The notes: generated by a model from the letters alone, not told the origin. Shown: positions 12,804-26,512, counted from the first letter of the stretch. The stretch: DNA of 64,000 nt from Eledone cirrhosa (GCA_964016885.1 OZ024747.1:83018001-83082000), one strand, 5' to 3'. Made by a program: numbers and translations.

Positions 12804-13484
12804 CGTCTAGTAATTTATTTTATCAAGGATGAAAGGTAAACATGACCTTGGGGGACTCAACTTTTCCTTTCATCCTCCCGGTGCCGAGACCCCAACCTAG
12901 ACATTAGCGTTAAAGGGAATAGAAAGGAACCGACTAAGTATTATATTCTTATTTGTATCAGATGAAGGACTTGTCTTGGGTTGAGAACAGGTTTTAAAGA
13001 TTCTCTGCAAAGCATTTGATGAGACCCTCTACCACTTCTGATAACAAGGATTTTCTAAATTCTATTATATATTTATCCCTTAAAATTAAAATATATTGAT
13101 TTCTAACAAGCGTGCGGTACCACGGATTTGGTTAGAAAACAAATAGTCGATTATATTGATCTCGGTCTTTGACTGGTCTTTTACTTCATTCACTCTAGAA
13201 GAAGGAAAGGCAAAGCTGATCATAAGTCACTTTGACCATCACTCTACCGATTATGCCAATATACCACCCTGGTTAATATTAATATATATACTTAGAAATA
13301 TATATTTCACATTAACGTTATAAAGGAAGGGCAACATTCCTATATCTATCTATCAATACACACACGTGTATATATAAATAAATATATATATATATATATA
13401 TAAGGGCGGTGCCCCAGCATGGCCTCAGCCGGATGGCTGAAACAGGTAAAAGAGTAAAAGAGTAATATATATATATATATATAC

Positions 13485-13760
13485 AATATTAAATAAATGG
13501 AAAACTATATTTATAAAACCATATTTATTTCATTATATATATTTCGGGGATATCATATTAACAATATGCTATGCCTTCATCAGACAAAATACAATATAAA
13601 CAGTTTTATAGATAAATATATTCGACATACCGTAATGAACATCAACTTCATTTGAAGAGGTTCACTCTATATTGTAAATATACTCCAAGTATTTGTCGAG
13701 TGCTTTTATATCAGTTATAAATATTTACTAGTTGTAACCCAACAATTTTAAATATAACTT

Positions 13761-13766
<6 letters not shown>
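13485..13766. mobile_element. PLE pLTR insertion: minus-strand HHR arm plus plus-strand tail
   Basis: Minus strand 13528-13590: ttttgt CTGATGA aggcatagcatattgttaatatgatatcccc GAAA tatata. Same family as 48014-48470 and 52321-52761. Confidence 0.75.
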
Positions 13767-13832
<66 letters not shown>

Positions 13833-13910
13833 AAGTTATATTTAAAATTGTTGGGTTACAACTAGTAAATATTTATAACTGATATAAAAGCACTCGACAA
13901 ATATATGAAT

Positions 13911-14160
13911 ATAACACCACTGACGATGTTGCAGATGTGCAACGAAAGATTTATGTAAACTATATATATATGTGTTTGTCTATATTGTATCTGTATTATT
14001 TTTGACCGCCGGTCAGTCAATGGCAACATTGAGGACCGAGTAAGTTAGATCGCAGATATATATATATAAAAGACAGCGAGAAGCGAAAACCAACCAAACA
14101 GTGAGTGTGTTCTGTTATTAATTCTGGCAATATTACGCAAATATGACCCTCCCCAAATAT

Positions 14161-14166
<6 letters not shown>
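13911..14166 (+). mobile_element. PLE pLTR with HHR (family of 55798-56851)
   Basis: CTGACGA t gttgca-gatg-tgcaac GAAA at 13920-13947. About 250 bp is homologous to the reverse complement of 55854-56100 and ends in ccccaaatataacaa(ta)n. Confidence 0.8.
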
Positions 14167-14214
<48 letters not shown>

Positions 14215-14702
14215 AGAATAATGTGAAGAACTCAGCGCAAGCAAGCTGTTAAAACAGTAAAATGCTGTCAATGACAGCCTCAAGTAAAATTTACCTCAAA
14301 GGACAGAAATCAGCAACTAGAAATGTATTGACCCGCAGATATGATAGAAAGAGGGGAGCAAAGAAAGAAAATGAATGAGAAAAGATCAAACAGACATCTT
14401 TGAACCTCTTCAGCACTCAGGCCGACTGTGGTTTCGCACGATTTAACTTAAGACTATCACATAAAATGGTCGGCTCGTGCAACAGAAAAATAAATATTTC
14501 TGTTGGTATATATATATACACACATATATATATATACATACAGCATGGCCTCAGTCGGATGGCTGGAACAGGTAAAAATAATAAAAGAATATACATATAC
14601 ATATATATATATAAAGACTATTTTTCTACTATATCAAGCGTTAAACTAATATATTTATTCATTGTACTGTGTTGTTTGCTTTGTTGCTTCCGTTTACCTT
14701 TT

Positions 14703-14806
<104 letters not shown>

Positions 14807-15389
14807 AGCTTGTCGTGGTGCAACTGCTGAAGAAATATGGTTAAGTTTATATGCTTATATGTATGCTTTAGAAAAATACTAATATTACAAAAGTTTTCTT
14901 ACACTGGCGACAAGTTTAAATCCCTGAAGATATAGAATAGCTACAAAACTTATGACTACTACGAGAAATACTTCAATTCTCAAGCTTTACTTAGAAATCA
15001 AAGATAAATAATATCTCTGCTGATCTCATGAGAGGATTGTGTGTTGGTATTGTATATTAAAAAAAAATACATATTTAATTTCCAGACAGTTGGAGAATGT
15101 CAGTCCTTGTAGAATTAGGGTCTTTTCAGTTATGTCAAGACAATATCACATAATAAAATATAGTATACTTAGCTCAAAACTACGCTGTCTCCATTAACAC
15201 ATAACACTTTTATACCAACTAACGTGTTTGGTTACTTCACTTGCTAGAAATGGCAGCTAAATCTTTCCAAAATCACACTTTACTACCGTAAAAAAATGGA
15301 ACGACCGACATATTGGACAATGGATTCCTAAGTAACTATAAACAGGCAGAATGGTCCTGACTGTAACGCATTTTAGTAAATGTTAGCTA

Positions 15390-15575
15390 AGGGCTAAAAT
15401 GGATGGAAGACGAGATGTAGGCTCCCGAGTGTTGAACCTAGGGAGGGAAGCAGGAATGTTTAACATTGAAGAAAACCGATTGATAAGCTCAATCCATTCA
15501 ATATTGAGAAATAAATGGTTCACTAAAGTTGAGATTGACGCTATGGAGGAAGAGGTACTAAATACTGGCAATAAA
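15390..15575 (+). mobile_element. Degenerate R4/Dong-clade LINE N-terminal fragment
   Basis: GMFNIEENRLISSIHSILRNKWFTKVEID resembles the Dong/R4 N-terminal motif (xxFxxTEQRLxDQxRxIxKNxWxSxxE), recalled from the family and not searched. Confidence 0.5.
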
Positions 15576-15639
15576 GGAGATCGTGGTAACTAAATACTTG
15601 GAAATGAGAATGGAGAAGAAAATGAACGAAAACGAGCAG

Positions 15640-15817
15640 AGGAGGTGGTAGTGGTGGTGCTGGGGCTGGTGGTGGCGGTGGTAGTGGTGGTGGTGGTGCT
15701 GGAGGTGCTGGAGGTGCTGGTGGTGGTGGTGGTGGTGGTGGTATTGATGGTGGTGCTGGCGGTGCTGACGGTGCTGGTGGAGGAGGAGGAGGAGGAGGAG
15801 GAGGAGGAGGAGGGGGG
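15640..15817. repeat. (GGT)n/(GGA)n repeat
   Basis: Source of the spurious poly-Pro and poly-His ORFs. Confidence 0.9.
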
Positions 15818-16520
15818 CTAAGTGATCTAAGAAACGAGACAAATAAAAGTGATGGGATGACAAGTGGAAAGAGCAACAAGTACGTTCAGGTGAATGCATT
15901 TCAGAGACTTCACCATTTAATCTTTGTATCATTTCTTTAGATTGTCAGCATTTATCCTGTCTTGAAATTTTCTTTACGAAGCAGATCACGCATCAGATTA
16001 TGCATCCGACCGGCGAAGCTAGTATTTGCTGACATTCGCCTCTGAAGTAATGATTCGTGCGAGATGGAGAGGGGTGACTGTTTAGGCAACTTCCTTTTTC
16101 TAACTGATTCTTAAGATAAGATCCAATTTAAAGAAGTAAAAAGAAAACATTTGTTTCGAGTATTTTGAAAGATGATTCATGAACCATGATTCCAATACAT
16201 GCAACAACTAGAATTTGCAAATTACTTTGTACATGTAAGGCAGTGTATTGGCAGAGTCATTAGAACGTCAGCTAGAATGTTTTACAGTATTCATTATGGC
16301 TCTCTACGTTCTCTGAATTCAAATCCCTCCAGGTCAACTTTACCTTTCGTCCTTTCAGTTCAGTTCTTCCTCTATATCTCCTTTTCATTTCCTCTCTATC
16401 AACTCTCTCTTTCTCTGGAAGAAAGTCGCCTCTTCAGACATGGAGAAGCATGAGCTCCACCAAGTTCCAAATACCCAGGAAACTCTGTATATCACTATGT
16501 TTGTTGTTGTTGTTGTTGTT

Positions 16521-16762
16521 GCGACAGCTCACACCTATGCAGGTTTAGCTGGCCTCCTCTAAGGTATATCTCGTTGGAGGTGTCTTGGGTGATTTAATGA
16601 TAGGGACCCCAGTCCTATCATCTCATTTCTACAGCTGAGTAAACTGGAGCAACGTGAAATAAAGTGTCTTGCTTAAGGAAACAACACATCACCCGGTCCG
16701 AGAATTGAACTCACAATCTTTCGATTGCAAGCCCAATGCTCTAACCACTAAGCCATGCGCGT
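16521..16762 (-). mobile_element. Young CORE-like SINE (near-identical copies at 29846-30090 and 33455-33697, partial at 53484-53645)
   Basis: gacagctcacacctatgcagg..gctcaaggaaacaacacatcacccggtccgagaattgaactcac..aaccactaagccatgcgc, which is a tRNA head on the minus strand. Confidence 0.85.
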
Positions 16763-16796
16763 TCCTACGACTCTATAATTACTTACAAGTCAAGTG

Positions 16797-17072
16797 AAGG
16801 TGCGTGGCCTAGTGGTAAGGATGTTGGACTTACGATCATAGTGGGTTCGATTCTTGGGCTGGTTGCGTGTTGTGTTCTTGAGCAAAACACTTCATTTCAC
16901 GTTGCTCCAGTATACTCAGCTGAAAATGAGTACCAGCGATAGCTGGAGGTTTAACTCTGCGATGGACTGGCGTCCTGTCCAGGGGGAAGTCTTGTGCTCT
17001 CAGTCGCTTCACGCCATGAAACCGGGATAAGCATCGGCCTAACTTCTGGCTTAAGACATACTTTAGACTTCA
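16797..17072 (+). mobile_element. tRNA-derived CORE-like SINE
   Basis: gtggcctagtggtaagg A-box and gggttcgattc B-box. Head-to-head with 16521-16762. Confidence 0.8.
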
Positions 17073-17374
17073 GAGACCATATACTTACATGTGCTGATCT
17101 TGATACTAAAGCCGAGGTTTAAAACTTTTGGAATGTTATTTGTGTCGTGAGGCAATGGGATGTACGTGAAGCGAGAGTAATTGTTGGCAGTACATCATCA
17201 ATCTTGGACGAACGATGAGATTGGGCAGACATTTGAACAAGAGAATCATCTATATCTGGTGAGCGGTGATAATGAATACAGGAGGATTTGGTGAAAGTGT
17301 AAGCCAATGAACCATTAATTCTTACTTATCGGTATTATCAGCAATTACAATAACAACTACGATATAACTGAAAT

Positions 17375-17405
<31 letters not shown>

Positions 17406-17983
17406 GTTATTGCATTGCTATACAATTACAACAACAACAAGCAAATATCAATATGAGTTTGAACTACAACGAAAAACTATTGTTTATACGACTACTACAT
17501 CCAATACAACGACTGTCACTACTACTACTACTACTACAATGACTACTACTACTAGTACTACTACTACTACTACTACTAATGCTGCTGTCACAATGACGAT
17601 GATAAATAAGAAGACAATAAGCTGAAGGAAAACTTAATTATCAATTCCGTCATCTAAATTCTTCCATTATTTTTACCCTGGTTTGTGAAAGAGTGACTAA
17701 CTGTGATGGTGGTGGTGGTGGTGGTGGTGGTGATAGTATTGGTGATTGTGATGGTGGTGTCAGTTTCTATCATTATGTTGTTGTTGTTGTTATCATAGTA
17801 GGGGGTGACTTAATGTGAGATTGTGAGTTCGATTCATGGGTCGAGGGGTGCGTTTTATCCTTGGGCAAGAGTTTATTTTACGTTGCCCCATTTCACTCAG
17901 TTGTAGAAACAAATTACGGCGTCACATGTGCCAAGCTATATCGGCATTCGTCTTTCCCTTGGACAACATCACCACCATAGGGG

Positions 17984-18110
17984 CTGAGCTGGCCAGCCGC
18001 TGGTGTGAGCCTCGCGAGCTGGAATGGCTTTTCCAGCGCGTCTCCTTTGCCGTCCTCCGGGGAAACGCCTTCTCCATTCTGTCCGCCGGGGCTGTGGGAA
18101 GGCCACCAAT
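17984..18110 (+). mobile_element. CRE-like (RLE) non-LTR retrotransposon C-terminal fragment
   Basis: ELASRWCEPRELEWLFQRVSFAVLRGNAFSIL matches the LFQRxSxAxxRGNA C-terminal motif. A diverged copy lies at 43465-43560 (KLATRRSEPRELESLFQRVSLAILSHNAFSTL). Confidence 0.65.
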
Positions 18111-18898
18111 ATGATTGACTGACTTGTCATTTTATCAGTCAGATATTCGAATGATTCTATTATCATCGCTATTTACATTAGTACGTCAGTAGTGTGTAGA
18201 GGGGAGGTCGTTTTGCATGAGTCTTTCACAAAACCACCTTGCCCGGGCTTGTGTCACAGAGGGGAACTTTCTAGGTGAAGACTCATGGTGCGCTATGATG
18301 GAAGGGGGCCTACCAGTAGTGGTGGTGGTGGTGGTCGTCGTCGTCGTCGTCGTCGGAGTTGTGGTGGTCGTCTTGGTGGTCGTGATGGTGGTGGTGGTGG
18401 TCGTCGTGGTCGTGGTCGTGGTCGTGGTTATCATGGTCGTGGGGGAGGGATTGTGGTAGTGGTGGTGGTGTGGTAGTGGTGGTGGTGGTGGTGGTGGTGG
18501 TGGTGTGCTGCTGCTGTTGCTGCTGCTGTTGTTGGTGGTGATGGTGGTTATTGTATCGATTGTAACTCTATAAAGATTAGTTAGCTGGTGAGTAGAGAAG
18601 AGGTTATTTAGATTTAACCATTGCAGTGTTTCTAAAAGAGAGAGAGACGGTGTTGCGTGATATCGTCTGTTGCCTATCGCTTCTTATTTAATCTCACAGT
18701 GAGTTTACCTTCATCCTCAGCTCTGATATTATAATCACCGTATTTAAATTAACACAGACCACTCACCAATTTCAGAGAAATTATTCTGGTTTTTATACAT
18801 TTGTTCTGAAATCTTCGGAATAGTAAAAGTCAGTCTCAGTGAAATGGTGTTAGCCTAAAATAAAGGTAAAGATAAATACATATCAATAAATATTTGAA

Positions 18899-19078
18899 GG
18901 GCGGTGGATTGGCAGTATCGGTAGAGAGTCGGGCGCCATGCTTTGCAGCAAAGAGTTACGGTCCTTTATGATCTGAGTTCAAATCCCGCCGAGGTTAACT
19001 TTGCCTTTCATCCTCACGGGGTCGATAAAATAAAGTACCAGTCACGCACTGGGGTCGATTTAATCGACTTTCCCCTCT
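18899..19078 (+). mobile_element. Meta-like SINE (inverted partner at 19434-19625)
   Basis: Consensus head ggcggtggattggcagtatcggtagagagtcgg plus core. Confidence 0.8.
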
Positions 19079-19302
19079 AATATATAAGAAAAAAATAAAT
19101 ATTTGAAGATAACTTGCACCAAAATCGAATTGTATGTGAAAACCAATAATACACTCTCCGGTGCAGTATCTCGTTCTGGAATCTGAAGTTAACACGAAAA
19201 CAAACAACTGGAATGTTATATACACATATATATATATATATGTGTGTGTGCTTGTGTGTGTGTGTCTGTGTGTCTGTGTGTGTGTGTGTCTGTCTGAGTG
19301 TG

Positions 19303-19341
<39 letters not shown>

Positions 19342-20429
19342 CCATTCTTGTAAAAACGTTTCTTCGTTTATTAACTAATTTCATTATAAAAAGGGTTTCT
19401 GATGTAAGTAATAAACCAGTTCCTTATAAGATATAATTGTTTCTACTTTTGGCACAAGGCCAGCAATTCACCAGTACATTACTGGTACTTTATTTTATCG
19501 ACCCCGTAAGGATGAAAGGCAAAGTTAACCTCAACGGGATTTGAACTCAGAATGGCAAGGGCCGTAACTCTATGCGTCAAAGCATGGTGTCCGACCCTCT
19601 ACCGATACTGTCAATTCACCGCCTTATAAGATATAATAATGTATCTTAGAATACGTTTGTACATATAGAAAGGCCCTTATCGTGCTCCTGTGAGATGTGA
19701 TTTGTAATTGTGAGAAAATTTCTTCATTTTGTTATCGAACGACAGAACTATGAATCTGATGTCTAAATTATTCAAGTTCGTACAGGTATTCCTTAAGAGG
19801 CTTATTATGTAATATGTTAACGTCTAATAGACTAAATACAATAAAAAGTTTTATCAAACTTACCTAGTGAAATATATTGGCTCTTAGATGGCATTATATT
19901 TTTACTTGACTTGTATTTATTTACCTGTTAATTGTTTAATAAACGGTCAGCTGATATAAGAATCTCTAATTTAAACACACGGCCACAAATGGTTGATTTA
20001 TTTAACCTTAGTAATTAAATGTTTCCTGATTTTGTCGTACCTGAGGAAGTTAACATCTGAGTCTACTGCCGATCTGCCAACCTTTAAAAACCATTTAATT
20101 TGAGCAAATCAGAAGACACATTATTAACAAGTATTTCTGAAGATAATTGAAAATAACTGAAAATAATTTTAGTACACCTGAAACGTCCAGAATTTTAAAT
20201 ATTCTCTCTACGGTGTTAAGGTATTAATGGTGCAATCAAACGTAAATTCAGATGGAAAACTTGACAGTGTTAAGTAATGAAATAAGTCATGAAATATATA
20301 GTATATAGTATAATCATATTTTCATCATTAATATATACATATATATTTATTAATATATACATATATATTTATAAATATATATCTATATCTTTATATATAT
20401 ACATATATCTATATATATATACATATATC

Positions 20430-20464
<35 letters not shown>

Positions 20465-20473
20465 ATATATATG

Positions 20474-20546
<73 letters not shown>

Positions 20547-20624
20547 TATATACATATATATATATATACATATATAGACATATATATATATATATAGAGA
20601 GAGAGAGAGGGGGGAGAGAGGGGG

Positions 20625-20676
<52 letters not shown>

Positions 20677-21159
20677 TTCACACACGCCACATAAATATGT
20701 AAGCCACAAATTATTAGCGATACCGATAAATTACACACACATACACACCACTCGCACATACATATGTGTGCACGCAAGCACACACTCGAAATATTTCCTG
20801 TGGTGGAAAACCTGAATATATCTTAAAAATAATTTCCCAGATGGAAATCTAGATTCATACATTATACATTATCAAGAACTAAGTTATTCATGAAAAAGTT
20901 CGGAAATAACTCATATTGCTAGCAGCTAAGTCTGTCCCTCTTTATGCTGATAACATATGCAATCTGATTTGGCATACTAACTATCAGATTATCTGAACAG
21001 CTTTCGATGTCATCATGATGTAAACAACATTGAATAATAATAATAATTATGGGGTTTTGTCTGCTTGAAAGTTACGTAATTCACCTTTAATATTTCGTAA
21101 TAGCCCTGAAATCTGAATAGGTAAACCAGCCAGAACACGTCAGACAAAAAATAATCTTA

Positions 21160-22300
21160 AACGTGTGTTCTCAATGAACATTGGTTTTGCTGAATTTTCA
21201 GAATAATGGGCATCAACCTGTTTTTAAAAAATGTCTGCCTAAGCATCGTATCCAGAACATTCTCAGAAAAAACTAGGTACTTTTTGGCGGGGTAGGGTTC
21301 TGTAATCTTATATAGCTTTGCTCTCATGCCAAATTTATACTTGAATGCTGCTTGATAAGCGAGAACCACTCGAGAATAAAAAAACATTTGACCCCAATAA
21401 AAAAAGGAATATGGACAGCTTCTTGCTATAAAATAGCCTAATATAACACTGAAAAATAGTTATCTTGATAATAACCTCCAACATGTCTTTCTCACAAGCA
21501 TTCCTGATTATATGTCACATATTTTACCTATCACGATATGCAGTAGGTTCTATCTGTTAGTCTGGAACAATATGTATTATAATTGGTATACTTTCCAGAG
21601 TTATGTTTATTAAACATGACAGCATCCGTAAAGAAGGTATTTTTATTTTTGTTTGTGTATGTGTGTGTGTGTGCTAAACTTAAAACGGATGTCAACCATG
21701 TACGATCCATTATGGATTGGTTCACGTAATTTAATAGGCAATCAACTTTAAACAAATGTGAAGTACGTATTTGTGTAACTAGACTAATACGTACTACACA
21801 TGCATACATACGGCTTCCTATCAAATCCAATGATGACAATTTTTTTCATTTATCCATCTGTTCATGATTGTACCTAATAATCTTTGACATGCAGTCTCGT
21901 CTGCAGACGAAACATGCAGTTGTTCTGTTGGAGAGTCCAGATATATCTCCGTGTACATATCTTTCCGGATATAATTGAGTGATTTTTCTCTTGCCGTGTG
22001 TATCCAGTTTAGAATGGAAGTGCCGTATCGTAAAAGGCGACCAAAAGGGAAAAGCCACCTAGCCATAAAACATTTTTTTCAAAAAGGACTCGAAAAGAGT
22101 TCGCATGCTTAACTCCCAGAGGAAATGACCTTCGGTCGCTTGAGAGGGTGAGTACATCTCTCCTCCCTATCTTTACTCTCACTTTAAAACTGCAATGTAA
22201 CGACCAAACTGAGTGGAAGTTATTGATGTCTTCCACATTCAAAAGGCGGATTATCTCCTCTTTAAAATGGTCTTTTCAGCTGAAGGGGATTTTGAAGAGG
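21160..22300 (-). mobile_element. Highly decayed CR1/L2-group RT remnant
   Basis: Scattered motif-like peptides (YGTSILNWI, YIRKD..SADET, KLYK..PY..SENV) broken by frameshifts. Confidence 0.35.
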
Positions 22301-22383
22301 AGCAGCATCAACTCTTCACACGTCGGTAAACTCACCTCACTTTGGTGGTCACACTTTTTCTTTGGGAGGGAGGGGGGTGATTA

Positions 22384-22450
<67 letters not shown>

Positions 22451-22504
22451 ATGTATGTGTGCGTATATCTATCTATCAATAAACAAATATATATATATAT
22501 AATA

Positions 22505-22766
22505 TATATAAATCATACTCAAAACGCCAGCACCAACAGTTTTGCAAGAGATGTCAACATGAATGGACCTGTTATTTTTATCTAAAGACATTTTTTCCAA
22601 TTCCATCCCGCCTGTCCCCTCAATCTATCTTATTTCTCATTCTTTCTTCTGATGAAGGACTAGTGTCCGAAACGTTAAGACCCTCTTCCTGCTATATCAA
22701 GCGTTAACCTAATATATCCCTTCCATATACTGTACCGATTGTGTTGTTATTTCTGTTTACCTTTTA
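22505..22766 (+). mobile_element. PLE pLTR with minimal HHR (22645-22680)
   Basis: tctt CTGATGA a ggac-tagt-gtcc GAAACGTT aaga, with palindromic stem III AACGTT. Reverse copy at 40418-40555; tail-only copies at 14615-14703 and 49303-49337. Confidence 0.85.
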
Positions 22767-22792
22767 TATATATATATATATATATATAAGGA

Positions 22793-22865
<73 letters not shown>

Positions 22866-23119
22866 GACAAGCAGAGACAGACGGGCTGCGAGAAAGGTAG
22901 ATAGAGAGGGGGGAGAGAGACAGAGAGAGAGAGGGGGGAGAGAGACAGGAAGACAGGGGGAAAGAGAGGAAGAGAGAGACAGAGAGAGAGAGAGAGGGGG
23001 AGAGAGAGAGTGGGTGGCTGGGAGAGGAGATAACAGTAATTAGAGTAAATATTTTTTCTTTATTACTATTTGAAAACATTTAACAGAATAACATTGTTAT
23101 CTATCACATATAGAATAAT

Positions 23120-23628
<509 letters not shown>

Positions 23629-23857
23629 CAGTAATTATTAATTTCGATGTATATAAACGTTTGATTTCACTGATGAAATATGATATTTACATTATAAATT
23701 ACTTAATACAGGAATATGTTTTTAACCTCGCTACTTGACATAAAGATTCTGTTTAGTTATATTCCCATTAACATTGTATATGTTATTTGTAGTCTCAGCT
23801 ATATGAATTATTGAACAACAGGAGTTTATTTCAAAAACAAAATTATAAGTATGAATG

Positions 23858-23920
<63 letters not shown>

Positions 23921-24032
23921 GCAAGGTAACTATATTCGTGTTCGAGGTTCTCGTTAATTGTTTATGATACCTACGTAACTATGTGTTTACACTCTTTACA
24001 AATCATCCCCTGTAATTGTTTGATGTGCTTAT

Positions 24033-24064
<32 letters not shown>

Positions 24065-24142
24065 GGTGTGTGTGTGTGTGTGTGTGTGTGTGTCTGTGCG
24101 TGTGTGTGTGTCAATCGATTTTTAATTTAATGCTATATATAT

Positions 24143-24681
24143 ACAGTGAAATAAAATAACAAGGACGATTGGTTACTCCTTCATTACGTTTATTTGTTGG
24201 TGACGCGCGTTTCGTCACTGATCAGCTCAAGATTCGATCTGTATCGAAATCTGATGTTGCTATGGTGGTCAGTGAAAATTGTTTTGATCAAATTTCACTG
24301 ACCACCATAGCAACATCAGACTCTCTCATACGCCATGTATCCATAGCAACATCAGACTCTCTCATACGCCATGTATCCATAGCAACATCAGACTCTCTCA
24401 TACGCCATGTATAATCAGTTTTCCATTACCATTGTAAGGGGTCTGACGAGCCGCGGATTACAGAGTCGGGCTAGATCGATACAGATCGAACCTTGAGCTG
24501 ATCAGTGGCGAAACGCGCGTCATCAACAAATAAACGTAATGAAGGCGTAACCAATCGTCCTTGTTATTTTATTTCACTGTAATACACTCTGTACAGCTCT
24601 ACACCTCGACACTGAAGGGAACCTAAATATCGAGTGCTCACCCGGGTGAACCTACAGTAACTCTAAGTTACACTCCCTGGA
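24143..24681 (+). mobile_element. Fold-back PLE pLTR insertion with HHR (24440-24524)
   Basis: Arms 24143-24247 and 24476-24580 are inverted. HHR: ggt CTGACGA gcc[~55 nt]ggc GAAAC gcgc GTC atc. Unique 3' tail to 24681. Second copy at 47335-47553. Confidence 0.85.
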
Positions 24682-24749
24682 TATATATATGTGGGGGGGG
24701 GGGGGGTGTAACCACATTTAGCAACCTAGAATAATATCTACCAATCTCA

Positions 24750-25398
24750 CTCGTGTTAATATTCCAAACGTAAACTTAGACCTACACACATGCACAGAAA
24801 CACATTCACAAACCCAATGAAAATCTTACCTATGTTACAAAGGCTCTAGTCATCCATTTACAGTTTTCAAAAATTTCATCCAAACCATGACCATGATCTT
24901 TGACAAGGCAGCCTCCTACAATAATGCAGCCCTAAGCAACAGCAGCTTCTCTGCGAAAATCTCTTCCTCTCCAGATCCCCACCCTAAATCCAGCAATAAG
25001 AAATCTAAGCATAAGGCCGTCGTGTGGTTCACGCTGACATTCACGCTCAACGTTAAAACTAACGTGTGTAAAAATTCCTACCATTTTTAGATTCACACTT
25101 CCCTGTAGACCATAAATACCGGCTGATTTTAACCGCCACAATGAAAATAGACTACTCATGTACTAAAAACATAAAGTACTAAAACTACATTAGTAATAAA
25201 CACAAAAGCCTTCCACCTTCCGGATGCTTATGCAGAAGGCTAGAAGTATACCCACTTGTCCGACAGTGCAACACTCCAGCGGTGATATCTAAAGTAGTAG
25301 GGACCTCCACCAACCAGAACCACCTAACAGAAGCCTAGACTTGTGTAGGTATGTTAGAGAACCCTTTCAAAAGCCGTTTCCTGAACCACGAACTTTAT
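24750..25398 (+). mobile_element. Decayed Naiad-like PLE: RT thumb, CxC linker and GIY-YIG endonuclease
   Basis: Across frameshifts: KPNENLTYV..SSHP; IFDKAASYNNAAL..KAVVWF..LNVKTNV; LDSHFPVDHKY; KIDYSCTKNIK; GCLCRRLEVYPLVRQCNTPAVISK; TCVGMLENPFKSRFLNH. Confidence 0.75.
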
Positions 25399-25399
25399 T

Positions 25400-25967
25400 G
25401 AATGGCCGTTGACTCTCCTGAGTTCCTCTGCCATTTGACAGGTTATGTTTTTCATCCAGCAGGGTGTTCAAAATCACCCTCCTAACCAAGCAAGCTTGGT
25501 GGGGTTTAGTCGCCGATAACTCGACCTTGCACAAGTTGTACTAGTGAGGACAGACTGTGCACTGAGCCAATCCCACTCTCTGAGAGACAGTAGCTATAAC
25601 CCGAAAAGAAGAAAAGATGAACATCATCGGTAACTACTGAGCCGCAGGTTTTATATCGGAGTTATCCCAGTTTCCTGAGTCGCCTTCTCCAAGAGGAATG
25701 CCCTGACAAAGGCTAGGGGTCCTTTACTCCCAGTGGTTTAACCGCGCGGTACATGTGTATATACATATTTACACACTTTTGGATGGCCGTTGACTCTTAT
25801 GAGTTCTTCCGCCCTTTGTAAGGTTTTGTTTTTTATCTTGCAGGGTGTCCAAAATTACCCTCCTCACCAAGTAAACTTGGTGGGGTTGCCGGTTTAGTCG
25901 CCGACGACCCGACCATGCGACGGGTTGTACTGGGTTACATGTTACCAGTAGCACTCAAGACTGACCC
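25400..25967 (-). mobile_element. 5' parts of a second bipartite RTE subfamily (two head copies)
   Basis: Homologous to 35680-36047 and 35026-35336. Followed by (CATA)n. Confidence 0.7.
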
Positions 25968-26257
25968 AACATACATACATACATACATACATACATACAT
26001 ACATACATACATACATACATACATACATACATTCATATATACATACTTACATACATACATACATACATACAACGACCTGACATATATATATATATGTATA
26101 CATACATGCATGCATACATACATACAGCGACCATACATATATACATGTATACATATATATATATATTCTGCACTTGAACATCCGACATCTTATAAATTTA
26201 TTTCGAAAATTCGAGCTACACACACACCGTTTGTGTGTGCGTGTGTGTGCGTGAATG

Positions 26258-26299
<42 letters not shown>

Positions 26300-26512
26300 T
26301 GCGTGTGTGTGTGTGTGTGTATGATGAAACTCCTGGGATGCTCGAGCTATAATAAAATAAAATTTACATTATTCTACCCAAGTATTGAGATTTGTTTCTC
26401 CTGTTTACACAGTCAAATTTATGTATTTTGTATGTGTATATGTATGTATGTATGTATGTATGTAGTATGTATGTATGTATATATGTATGTATGTATATAT
26501 GTATGTATGTAT

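Noticed and set aside
12955-12990. HHR-like cagatgaaggacttgtc
   Set aside because: The core is mutated and there is no GAAA box or stem III.
15541-15932. Proline-rich formin/extensin-like or poly-His protein
   Set aside because: It is a GGT/GGA trinucleotide repeat, with no flanking domain or splice support.
16797-16860. tRNA gene
   Set aside because: A and B boxes are present, but the sequence continues into a SINE body and the cloverleaf is incomplete.
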